A DNA stretch of 36,288 bases from Chlamydiota bacterium (lineage in GTDB: Bacteria; Chlamydiota; Chlamydiia; Chlamydiales; JAAKFR01): contig JAAKFR010000002.1 in NCBI GenBank assembly GCA_011064985.1, positions 1 through 36,288 of the forward strand. The letters are read 5' to 3'. The first letter of the stretch is position 1, and each line of letters begins with the position of its first letter. The position numbers and the translations under genes were made by a program. Positions 1 through 8,002 of the stretch are shown piece after piece. Below the pieces are notes generated by a model, which was not told the DNA's origin, searched no databases, and worked only from the letters and a program-made list of their open reading frames with translations.

Positions 1-117
1 TCTAATCATATAGCCAAGTAAACGATTTTATCATTAGCCCAATGCCTTAATAGGGCACGTTGGGTTGAAACGGGGGGCGAGCAGGGTGACCTGTCTCGTC
101 TACCCTCTAAACTCCAC

Positions 118-192
118 GATGAGCAATCACTGAACTTGGGTTAACTTCCTGGGCGGAAGTAGGATGAGTTTTAACTGATTTGGGTTACACCC
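118..192. repeat. Degenerate terminal fragment of the MITE-like repeat family (third copy)
   Basis: 169-192 (TTTTAACTGATTTGGGTTACACCC) nearly matches the right terminus of the full copy at 5091-5114. GAACTTGGGTT at 132-142 matches 5080-5090. The left part is diverged or truncated. Confidence 0.45.
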
Positions 193-272
193 AAATTGTT
201 TGAGCGGGAATTACTGACTGACCACATCATAGTTTGGGTATTTTTAGTGGGTTCATTTATACTCGTTGACCT

Positions 273-1784
273 GTGATGAGGGAACTTTTTGTAAAAAAGA
301 ATGGGCTTTGGGTGCTGTTGGCTCTTCTGGCGGTGAAGGGACTATTGCTCTTGTGGCTAGTCGTTGCCTCCCCTCTTGGTCTTTCTCCTGATGAGGCCCA
401 GTATTGGACGTGGAGTCAATCACTGGATTGGGGCTACTATTCGAAGCCTCCCGGCATTGCGTGGCAGATCGCATTGACAAGCGGGGTTTTGGGCTCGACT
501 TCTCTAGGGGTGCGGGCAGGAGCTCTTATTATTGGGTTTTTGCTCCCTCTTGTGGTCTTTGGGATTGCAAGAGGGGCAAGGATGGGGGGACAGATCCCAT
601 TTTGGGCAGGGGTTGTCATGGCTTTCTCGCCAATTGGGGTTTACCTAACCTTTGCTGCGACAACTGACGGGGGAGCGATCCTCTTTTTGACCTGTGCTGT
701 CCTCCTTGTAGTAAAAGGGGTAGAGAGAGAAGAGGGTCCATCTTTTGGTTGGGTGGGGTTGATGATCCTACTTGGCGCCCTCTACAAGTGGACAGCGTAT
801 ATATTTTGGCCTCTCCTCCTTCCGTTTCTTTTCTTTGTCCCTAAGCTACGAAAGAAAATGCTCCTTTGGGGAATTCTTCTCTCGCTTTTAGCCCTTGTCC
901 CCACGGTTTACTGGAATGCCTCCCATGAGTGGGCCACTTTCAAACATGTAGGAGGGGCAATTGGGGAGAAAAAGGGGGGGAATTTCTTTGATTTTTTGGG
1001 CGCACAGATCGGTCTTCTCTCTCCGGTATACTTCTTTTATTTGGTGCTAGGATGTTTTTTTTCCTATCGGGAAAAAAGGAAAAGCTTCTGGTTCCAAGCC
1101 GCATTCCCTACTCTTGTTCTTCTCTACCTGGGAGGGGCTTTTTTCAAAAAGATGCAGCCGAATTGGGCTGCCTACCTCTACCCTCCCGGGCTTGCTCTTG
1201 TTGGATGGTTTGCCCTTGAAAAGGGGAAGAGGGGATCTTTGTGGCTCACCCTTGGAACAGTTGTTTCCATTGGGATTGTCGCTTTTGGGCTCCTTGTCCC
1301 CCTATTTCAAAAAAACGACCTCTTTTCGATTCCCTATAAACTCAACCCCTTTCGTCAAACCCTTGGATGGGAGAATCTACAGAAGGGTCTTAGCGAAGCA
1401 GGCTACAACCCTGAAACTGACTTTCTCTTCGGTGACAAATACCAAACGGCAAGCCTACTAAGTTTTTATTCCCCTCAGCAAAAAAGGGCCTATTATTTCA
1501 ATATCAGCCAAAGCCGGAAAACGCAGTTCTCCTACTGGCCTCAAATGGAGCAAGAAGAGGTGGGGAAAGATGGCTACTTTGTCGTTCTCGAAAATACCAC
1601 CCAAGAGAAACTTCCTCGATATGAGAACCGCTACCTCAAAGCCCTGACCCCTTACTTCGAAAAAGTTTCCTTCGTAGAGGCTTTCCCTCTTTTTACAGCC
1701 AACGACACCCCCGTCAAATACGCTCTCATCTTCTACGCCCAAAACTACTCAGGAAAAGCACCCACCACCCCTAAGAAATACTAA
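273..1784 (+). CDS. Polytopic GT-C glycosyltransferase, ArnT/PMT-like (family 39/83)
   Basis: 503-aa ORF with many TM helices. A DEAQYW motif sits in the first loop after TM1, and there is a soluble C-terminal domain. This is the ArnT / dolichyl-phosphate-mannose transferase architecture. An ATG at 276 directly follows the GTG at 273. Confidence 0.7.
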   Translation: MMRELFVKKNGLWVLLALLAVKGLLLLWLVVASPLGLSPDEAQYWTWSQSLDWGYYSKPPGIAWQIALTSGVLGSTSLGVRAGALIIGFLLPLVVFGIARGARMGGQIPFWAGVVMAFSPIGVYLTFAATTDGGAILFLTCAVLLVVKGVEREEGPSFGWVGLMILLGALYKWTAYIFWPLLLPFLFFVPKLRKKMLLWGILLSLLALVPTVYWNASHEWATFKHVGGAIGEKKGGNFFDFLGAQIGLLSPVYFFYLVLGCFFSYREKRKSFWFQAAFPTLVLLYLGGAFFKKMQPNWAAYLYPPGLALVGWFALEKGKRGSLWLTLGTVVSIGIVAFGLLVPLFQKNDLFSIPYKLNPFRQTLGWENLQKGLSEAGYNPETDFLFGDKYQTASLLSFYSPQQKRAYYFNISQSRKTQFSYWPQMEQEEVGKDGYFVVLENTTQEKLPRYENRYLKALTPYFEKVSFVEAFPLFTANDTPVKYALIFYAQNYSGKAPTTPKKY

Positions 1785-1786
1785 TC

Positions 1787-1855
1787 TGTCGCAAAATGGC
1801 GGTAGATTCGCCACTTTGCATGGATAAATGGCGAAAGTGATGCCATTTTGCGACA
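1787..1855. terminator. Perfect 14-bp inverted repeat between convergent genes (possible bidirectional terminator)
   Basis: TGTCGCAAAATGGC (1787-1800) is the exact reverse complement of GCCATTTTGCGACA (1842-1855). The 41-nt spacer contains an inner TCGCCA...TGGCGA stem. It fills the 74-nt gap between the stops of two convergent CDS. There is no clear T-tract. Confidence 0.4.
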
Positions 1856-1858
1856 AGT

Positions 1859-2548
1859 TTAGAGGGTAGTGGTGGCCTTTCGGTGGGGGAGGGAGAGGTG
1901 GTGTTTTGCTTGCTTTAGAGTTGTGGGGATGAGGGAGAAGTGGGAGGAGAGATGGGTGGTGAGGGTATCGAGGAGGGCTTGCTTTGAGGGGAAGTGGGGC
2001 TTTAGGGTGCAGAGAAACTCATGATGGGGGCGACTTTGGCGATACTCGGGTCGTTTTTCAGGAAGGAGGAGATACTCCATCTTTTCGGGCTTGTAATCCC
2101 AGAGGAAGGAGGTGTGGTGGAGCCACCTGCTTTTCTGCAGGTATTGGGCATTGCCCCCAAATTTTTTCTCCCCAAATACGTAGTCGTTTTCCCGCAGAGA
2201 AAAGCCCTTGAAGAGGGGTTTGTAGAAGGTTTCGGACCAAGAGAGGATCGGCTTTGGTTGGATCGGAAGATTAAGAAGGGTGTTTTGGCAGATAAAGGTA
2301 ACAAAGATGGTCTCAGGGTCGATGTAAACAGTTCCCCCTCCACTGAATCGCTTGATTAGAGGGATTTTGTCGGCTGTTACTTTTGGGAGGTTTACGAGTT
2401 TTTCTGGTTTTCCTGAAATCCCCATCACAATGGCGGGAGGGGCTCCAGTGGTAACTAGACACCAGTTCTCTTCACTTGTTCGGAGGAGGGCCTCTTCGAG
2501 CTGAAGCTGCTCCAAGATCGGGATTTTTTCAAGTTGGAGAAATCGCAT
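1859..2548 (-). CDS. lplA: Lipoate-protein ligase / octanoyltransferase (BPL_LplA_LipB domain)
   Basis: 229 aa. Contains [12 protein letters not shown] (the RxxSGGG(A/T)V adenylate-binding motif) and KKFGGNAQ (the catalytic-lysine motif K-x-x-G-x-A-Q). The ATG at 2548 is preceded by AAGGAGAG. Confidence 0.75.
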   Translation of the reverse strand: MRFLQLEKIPILEQLQLEEALLRTSEENWCLVTTGAPPAIVMGISGKPEKLVNLPKVTADKIPLIKRFSGGGTVYIDPETIFVTFICQNTLLNLPIQPKPILSWSETFYKPLFKGFSLRENDYVFGEKKFGGNAQYLQKSRWLHHTSFLWDYKPEKMEYLLLPEKRPEYRQSRPHHEFLCTLKPHFPSKQALLDTLTTHLSSHFSLIPTTLKQAKHHLSLPHRKATTTL

Positions 2549-4373
2549 CTCTCTCCTTGGTTTTTAGAGCCACTTGCAACACCTGGATATCTGCTGGGGA
2601 GACTCCCGAAATGCGGGAGGCTTGTCCAAGCGTTTTGGGAGTGAAGGAGGCGAGTTTCTCTTTTGCCTCATTCCGCAAGCCCACAATCGATTTGTAGGAG
2701 AGAGTAGAGGGTATCGGGTGGTTTTCCAGATGGGCAGCACGCTTGATCTCTTGGTTTTGCCTTTCGATGTACCCTGCATATTTCAGCTCAAGTTCGATCT
2801 GGAAGTTGATCTCCTCGCCATAGTCAATTACTTCCTCAGGATAGCTTTTGAGCAGGGTTTTGTAGTCCATTTCTGGGCGGCAGAGAAGCTGGGCAAGAGA
2901 GGCTCCTTTCCCTCGGATCTGCTTGTAGATCTCCCTCAAACGGGTTTTCTCTTTTTCTAAGATCTCCTCTTTTCTCTTCGTTTTCCCAAATGTCGCTTCA
3001 TCGATGAGTCCCAGAGCATATCCATACTTACGGAGGCGAAGATCTGCGTTGTCCTGACGAAGAAGAAGGCGGTGTTCTGCTCGTGAAGTGAACATCCGGT
3101 AGGGCTCGTCGAGTTTTTTGGTCATCAGATCGTCGATCATCACTCCGATATACGCCTCGTGACGTCCAAGGGTAAAAGGGGGCTCGCCATTGCAGTTCCC
3201 CGCAGCATTGATCCCTGCAATGAGCCCTTGTGCTGCGGCTTCTTCATATCCAGTGGTCCCATTGATCTGTCCGGTGAGGAAGAGTCCCTTGATCGCTTTT
3301 GACTCCAAGGTTGGTCCGATCTGTCCACTTTCGACGTAGTCGTATTCGATGGCATAGGCGGGACGCATGATTTCCGCTTTTTCAAGACCTGGGATAGAGT
3401 GGATCATCTCGAGTTGGACGTCGAAGGGGAGTGAAGAGGAGATCCCATTGACATAGACCTCTTCTGTTTTCAGCCCTTCTGGCTCTAGGAAAAGTTGGTG
3501 GCGCATCTTATCGGCAAAGCGGACCACTTTATCTTCGATGGAGGGGCAATACCGGGGGCCTACCCCTTCGATCCTCCCTCCATAGAGGGGAGAGCGGTGG
3601 AGGTTTTTCTCGATAATCTCCTTGGTTTTCGGGGAGGTGTAAGTGATCCAGCAAGAGATCTGGGGGAGGCGAGGCTCTTTCTCATCGTAGGAGAAGGAGA
3701 TCCCTTCTTCTGTTGGTTGCTCTTCAATTACTGAGTAGTTGATGGACCTCCCGTTGATCCGTGGAGGGGTTCCTGTTTTGAGCCGCCCGAGCTTAAACCC
3801 ATGCTGCTCCAAACAAGCTGAGAGGCCTATGGAAGGCTTATCTCCGGCCCGTCCCCCGGCAAAGTGGGTCTCACCTAAATGGAGTAGTCCTCGCATAAAC
3901 GTGCCAGCCGACAGGATCACGTTGTTCCCAGGAAAGAAGATCCCTTCCTGCATCTCTACCCCCGTCACGCACCCTCGCTCAACACAAAAATGCTCGATTG
4001 TACCCTGATGGATATGGAGGTTGGGAGTATTCTCTAGAACTCTCTTGATCTCGAGGGCATAGGCTGCTTTGTCGGCTTGCGCCCGGGGGGCCCAAACGGC
4101 GGGACCTCTCGTTGCGTTAAGCATCCGGAATTGAATCGCGGTCCGGTCGGTCACCTTTCCCATGATCCCGCCCAAAGCGTCGATTTCGCGCACCATATGA
4201 CCTTTCCCAATCCCCCCGATGGCAGGATTGCAGCTCATCTTCCCGATTGTATCGAGATTCATCGTGAGTAAGAGGGTAGAAGCGCCCCGTTTGGCAGCGG
4301 CATAAGCAGCCTCACATCCGGCATGCCCTCCGCCCACAACGATCACATCATATACCCTAGGATAACACCACAT
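2529..4373 (-). CDS. mnmG: tRNA uridine 5-carboxymethylaminomethyl modification enzyme MnmG (GidA)
   Basis: [19 protein letters not shown]-binding N-terminus and full-length MnmG-like sequence. The likely start is the ATG at 4373 ([16 protein letters not shown]). The track ORF extends to 4451 across a repeated leader element. Confidence 0.93.
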   Translation of the reverse strand: MWCYPRVYDVIVVGGGHAGCEAAYAAAKRGASTLLLTMNLDTIGKMSCNPAIGGIGKGHMVREIDALGGIMGKVTDRTAIQFRMLNATRGPAVWAPRAQADKAAYALEIKRVLENTPNLHIHQGTIEHFCVERGCVTGVEMQEGIFFPGNNVILSAGTFMRGLLHLGETHFAGGRAGDKPSIGLSACLEQHGFKLGRLKTGTPPRINGRSINYSVIEEQPTEEGISFSYDEKEPRLPQISCWITYTSPKTKEIIEKNLHRSPLYGGRIEGVGPRYCPSIEDKVVRFADKMRHQLFLEPEGLKTEEVYVNGISSSLPFDVQLEMIHSIPGLEKAEIMRPAYAIEYDYVESGQIGPTLESKAIKGLFLTGQINGTTGYEEAAAQGLIAGINAAGNCNGEPPFTLGRHEAYIGVMIDDLMTKKLDEPYRMFTSRAEHRLLLRQDNADLRLRKYGYALGLIDEATFGKTKRKEEILEKEKTRLREIYKQIRGKGASLAQLLCRPEMDYKTLLKSYPEEVIDYGEEINFQIELELKYAGYIERQNQEIKRAAHLENHPIPSTLSYKSIVGLRNEAKEKLASFTPKTLGQASRISGVSPADIQVLQVALKTKERDAISPT

Positions 4374-4387
4374 GTTTTTGTAACTCT

Positions 4388-4461
4388 CAAGTTTAGGTGG
4401 CCTTTTGGATGCTTTTCGTCCCATTGCGCACTCTCTTACAAAAATCCCCAAAAGCTCTTTG
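4388..4461 (-). promoter_or_regulatory. Conserved leader element upstream of mnmG (short version)
   Basis: Two blocks (4388-4424 and 4438-4461) recur almost identically at 16618-16654 and 16718-16740 upstream of sppA. Both copies sit the same 13-14 nt from the start codon. Confidence 0.35.
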
Positions 4462-4538
4462 GGCGGCTTCTTTTACAATCCTGGGACCACAAAAACTGGA
4501 CTTTTTACTAGTCACAAAGTTAGTGAGAGGCGAAAGGA

Positions 4539-4628
4539 TTACTTATTCTTGTGACGGTCGCGACGGCGCCGTTTTTTCCGCTTGTGCTTCGCAATTTTGA
4601 ATTTTCTTTTTTTCTTTACTGAAGACAT
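4539..4628 (-). CDS. Small basic protein, bS22 / AURKAIP1-COX24-like (29 aa)
   Basis: Hand-translated ORF not in the track: ATG at 4628, TAA at 4539-4541, product MSSVKKKRKFKIAKHKRKKRRRRDRHKNK. Composition and length resemble bacterial ribosomal protein bS22 ([21 protein letters not shown]...). Confidence 0.5.
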   Translation of the reverse strand: MSSVKKKRKFKIAKHKRKKRRRRDRHKNK

Positions 4629-4762
4629 ATAGCTCCTTGAAAAACTAACACTCAATCATATCCCCTGTCACAGAAGAATACAAGCAAAATCAGGGTGTAC
4701 AATTAAAGGTAAGGGCTTATAACCCCCATTGCTAGCTCACTTGTCACGTAGCTTTTTCCAAT

Positions 4763-5114
4763 GGGTGTAACCCAAATCAGTTAAAAACCCAAGATTCTGT
4801 TCTTCAGACACGAGCATACCAGGCTCTTGCATGCCCCCTACCGGGAAATAACGAGAACGGAAGGCACAAAGGACACAAAGACTCAACACAAAGCCACGAA
4901 GGCACGAAGAATCCGGCCTGACCCGAAGGGTCTTTTTCCTTAAGGAAAACTCCTCTTACGAGGAGGAGGCCGGATTTAAGAAATCCTTTGTGTCTCTGTG
5001 TCTTGCTTCTGAAAAGTTTGCGTATTCATTGTTCTCTGAGGGATGAGTAAGAACACCATCTACTTTGTGCCTGAGGATGGGAACTTGGGTTTTTAACCGA
5101 TTTGGGTTACACCC
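4763..5114. mobile_element. Non-autonomous MITE-like element, copy A (352 bp, 31-bp TIRs, 9-bp TSD)
   Basis: The TIR GGGTGTAACCCAAATC[A/G]GTTAAAAACCCAAG at 4763-4793 is the reverse complement of 5084-5114 with 1 mismatch. Direct repeat TTTTCCAAT is at 4754-4762 and 5115-5123. There is no transposase ORF. The interior is highly self-complementary. Confidence 0.8.
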
Positions 5115-6035
5115 TTTTCCAATCATTTGCCCGTGCGGGTCATTTTGTTCAATTCGAGAAGATCGTTCGGAATCTTCTAATAATTTATCCAGTGCTAATT
5201 TGAGAGGGTCTCTGGTTTTCTTGTAAGTAATCCAAATTTCCTCCAACTCTTGCGAGTAGTGGTTTAGCAAGGTTTGCACTTCTTCGGATTGGGGGTCTCC
5301 TACAAATGCCACCGGGTCAAGATGACACCTTTTAGGTGTTTTCGCTTCAATTCCCTGATAATTTGCTGTCCAATCAGGTCGATTCCAGTCTCCTCGTTCT
5401 ATTGTAATTTTTTGGTGATGCATTTTGTAAGCGACAGGTGATTCTACTCCATAGCCGAGGAGAATGCCGAAAAGTGCTTCATCATAATTGAGCAACGGAC
5501 GCACTTGTTTCTTCTTTTCTATAGTGTTAAGAAGAGATTCCGGTGAAAAATCCTCTCCTAAAACATCCTTAAAGAGATTTTTGTTTTGATGAAGAGTTGC
5601 AAGAAAGGACTCTTTATTAATTACAAATATATGGAGAACAATGTCACTTCCAAATGCCACTTCCTCTTCGATAAATAAAAATTGAGAATGAGGAAACAAA
5701 TAGGCATTTTTTTCCCAACATTCCCAACCTTTTTTGAGCTGCATTTGATAATAGGACTTGTTGCGACATTTTTTATCGATCGCTCCAAAGCACATAGGCT
5801 TAGAGTGAAAAAATAGAACATGCCCTAAACAATCATGTTTAAAAAACGATCGAAAAAAAAACCTAAGATAATATCTCTCTTCAGAAGAGATTGTTTTTAT
5901 AAATGAGCATTCACTATCACTTGCTATGAGATTGTGAGGGAGAAATAGAAAAATGCATAGAATTCCTATTCGTTGTACCGCTTTTTGCAATTTTGACAAT
6001 ACTTTGTCCAGGCCGGATTTCCAGAATATCCACAT
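4956..6035 (-). CDS. Hypothetical secreted/membrane protein; 3' end encoded by MITE copy A
   Basis: 359-aa ORF in a visibly AT-rich stretch. It has a signal-like hydrophobic segment (IGILCIFLFLPHNLIA). The last ~52 codons and the stop lie inside the MITE. The start is uncertain: ATG at 6035 or TTG at 5990. I recognise no family. Confidence 0.55.
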   Translation of the reverse strand: MWIFWKSGLDKVLSKLQKAVQRIGILCIFLFLPHNLIASDSECSFIKTISSEERYYLRFFFRSFFKHDCLGHVLFFHSKPMCFGAIDKKCRNKSYYQMQLKKGWECWEKNAYLFPHSQFLFIEEEVAFGSDIVLHIFVINKESFLATLHQNKNLFKDVLGEDFSPESLLNTIEKKKQVRPLLNYDEALFGILLGYGVESPVAYKMHHQKITIERGDWNRPDWTANYQGIEAKTPKRCHLDPVAFVGDPQSEEVQTLLNHYSQELEEIWITYKKTRDPLKLALDKLLEDSERSSRIEQNDPHGQMIGKGCNPNRLKTQVPILRHKVDGVLTHPSENNEYANFSEARHRDTKDFLNPASSS

Positions 6036-6289
6036 TTTTTACAAGTCCAATATAAGGTGGGTTTCAAATAAAAAATACCTTGATCGTCCTGAAAAATACC
6101 TTGTACTTCCACGATCCCTTCAGGGGTATTTATAAAAATTGCCTCGTTTTCGAAAAAGATCTGTTCCTGTTCCACATAAACTTTTTCTTCTTCAGAGCAA
6201 AAAACAATACACTCAGCATACGATGGAGCAATTTTAGCTAAAAGCATGACAGTTAGAAAGATAAAAGACAAAATGTATTTTGATCTCAT
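5966..6289 (-). CDS. Small secreted protein with C-terminal CxxC...CxxC zinc ribbon (RanBP2-like)
   Basis: 107 aa. Signal peptide MRSKYILSFIFLTVMLLAKIAPSYA. The C-terminus is WTCKKCGYSGNPAWTKYCQNC. AGGAG lies 6 nt upstream of the ATG at 6289. Confidence 0.6.
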   Translation of the reverse strand: MRSKYILSFIFLTVMLLAKIAPSYAECIVFCSEEEKVYVEQEQIFFENEAIFINTPEGIVEVQGIFQDDQGIFYLKPTLYWTCKKCGYSGNPAWTKYCQNCKKRYNE

Positions 6290-6303
6290 AAAAAACTCCT
6301 AAG

Positions 6304-6315
6304 TTGATAAATCAA
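6304..6315. promoter_or_regulatory. Palindrome TTGATAAATCAA (candidate operator), copy 1
   Basis: Perfect 12-bp palindrome 15 nt upstream of the start of the 107-aa gene. The same 12-mer recurs at 21285-21296. Confidence 0.3.
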
Positions 6316-6463
6316 TTTCTAAATTCCGATTTGTCTGAAAAGATGTTTAACCACCAGATCATGCAGTATCCTATTGAATTTTTATTTTTTTTGCAAATTT
6401 TCACTTCTGTTGTCGTGTGCAACATGAGTTTGATACGGTGCTATCATAGCTGCTGCATTAGAT

Positions 6464-7897
6464 CTAGGAACGTCGGTATAATGTGGCGAAGGAGTTTTCT
6501 TCGGAGTCGGCGTGGAGGGGGGCGTAGTTGCGGAATTGGGCGAATTCTTTGACAAAGGCGAGGTGGGCGCTGCCGATTGCTCCGTGCCGGTTTTTGGCGA
6601 TGATCACTTCGGCCATCCCAGGCTTGTCGTTGGGGTCGTAGTATTCACGCCTTAGGAGGAACATCACGATGTCAGAGTCTTGCTCGAGAGAGCCCGATTC
6701 TCGAAGGTCGCTCATCATCGGGCGGTGGCCAGCTCTCTCTTCGACTCTCCTCGACAGCTGGGAGAGGCAGAGAATGGGGATGTTGAGCTCTCTAGCAAGT
6801 GTTTTGAGCATCCGGGAGATCTCTGAGATTTCGGTCTGCCGATTCTCCATGCTCCTGTTGGATCCCGAGCCAGAGATCAGCTGGAGGTAGTCAATTACCA
6901 AAAAGCGGATCCCGTAACTCTCCTTCATCCGGCGGGCACGGGCTCGGAGGTCGGTGATTTTGAGCCCTGGTTGGTCGTCGATCACCATCGTTTGTTTCTG
7001 CATCTCCCCAACTGCCGAGACGATCCTCTGGAATTCAGCCCCGGAGAGGGAGCCTGTCCGGATTTTATCTGATTCGACCCCAGCTTGTCCGCAGATGATC
7101 CGGTGGAGGAGCTGCTCAGCAGTCATCTCAAGAGAGAAGATTCCGACGGGCATTCTATTTTTGAAGCAGATGTTCTCGGCGATATTGGTCGCCAGGATCG
7201 TCTTTCCCATGGCAGGGCGACCAGCTAGGATCATCAGGTTAGAGTCGTTCATTCCATCGAGCATCTTGTCGAGATCGAGGAAGTGAGAGGGGATCCCAGT
7301 TACGGCCGACTCCCCAGGCTCTCTATTTAAAAACTCTTCTTGCTTCTGTTCGAGTTCTTTGAGGAAGGGGAGCTGACTTGTGGCTTTGACTCCACTGATG
7401 AGCTCGCTAATCAAGACTCCCGCTCCAGGATTTGCTGACTGGCTGATCTGGAAGAAGAGAGCCTGGGCATCATCGAGGGCCCCGTGGACATCTTGCGGCT
7501 CTTCAAGGGCACTTTTTTCGACTACTTGGGCAGTTGAAATCATCCGTCGCAGCAGCGACTTCGATTTGACAATCTCGGCGTACTCCTCGGTGTAGGCAGA
7601 AGTCCCTGCATACTGAGCAAGAGTGGCTACATACCCCGCTCCCCCAATCGCATCGAGTTTCTCAAGCCTCTTGAGTTCCTCGCATACGAGGTGGACATCG
7701 GCCGGCTTCTCTTGCTTATAGGCTGTTTTGAGAACTGAGAAAACGAGTTGATGCTCGGTATAATAAAAGTCAGACTCATCCAGAAGATCGGCCGCCACAT
7801 TGAGGCTGTTGACGCTTGTCAACATACACCCCAAAACCATCATTTCCGACTCTTTCGAATTCGGAGCAATCCGTACCTGTTTGCTTTTCTCACTCAT
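6464..7897 (-). CDS. dnaB: Replicative DNA helicase DnaB
   Basis: 477 aa. Has the DnaB N-terminal domain (SKESEMMVLGCML), Walker A GRPAMGKT, and RecA-like C-terminal motifs (FLVIDYLQL, LSQLSR). The length is normal, so there is no intein. Confidence 0.95.
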   Translation of the reverse strand: MSEKSKQVRIAPNSKESEMMVLGCMLTSVNSLNVAADLLDESDFYYTEHQLVFSVLKTAYKQEKPADVHLVCEELKRLEKLDAIGGAGYVATLAQYAGTSAYTEEYAEIVKSKSLLRRMISTAQVVEKSALEEPQDVHGALDDAQALFFQISQSANPGAGVLISELISGVKATSQLPFLKELEQKQEEFLNREPGESAVTGIPSHFLDLDKMLDGMNDSNLMILAGRPAMGKTILATNIAENICFKNRMPVGIFSLEMTAEQLLHRIICGQAGVESDKIRTGSLSGAEFQRIVSAVGEMQKQTMVIDDQPGLKITDLRARARRMKESYGIRFLVIDYLQLISGSGSNRSMENRQTEISEISRMLKTLARELNIPILCLSQLSRRVEERAGHRPMMSDLRESGSLEQDSDIVMFLLRREYYDPNDKPGMAEVIIAKNRHGAIGSAHLAFVKEFAQFRNYAPLHADSEENSFATLYRRS

Positions 7898-8002
7898 TGC
7901 TTTAGGAAAATACCCGATTCCCTTCTAAATAGGAAATGCAAAAATCCCGAGAGAGGCAAAAGCCCCCTCGGGATTCCGAAGACTCTGGCAAAGCCAAGCT
8001 TC

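Noticed and set aside
1-117. Possible 3' part of a structured RNA (tmRNA, RNase P or similar) at the non-coding window start. One reading frame ends ...ISPMP-TAA and looked superficially like a tmRNA tag.
   Set aside because: There is no T-arm (GGTTCGAATCC-like) or acceptor/ACCA end downstream, and no convincing pseudoknot helices. The tag does not end in the usual (L/V)AA. I cannot support any RNA call from sequence alone.
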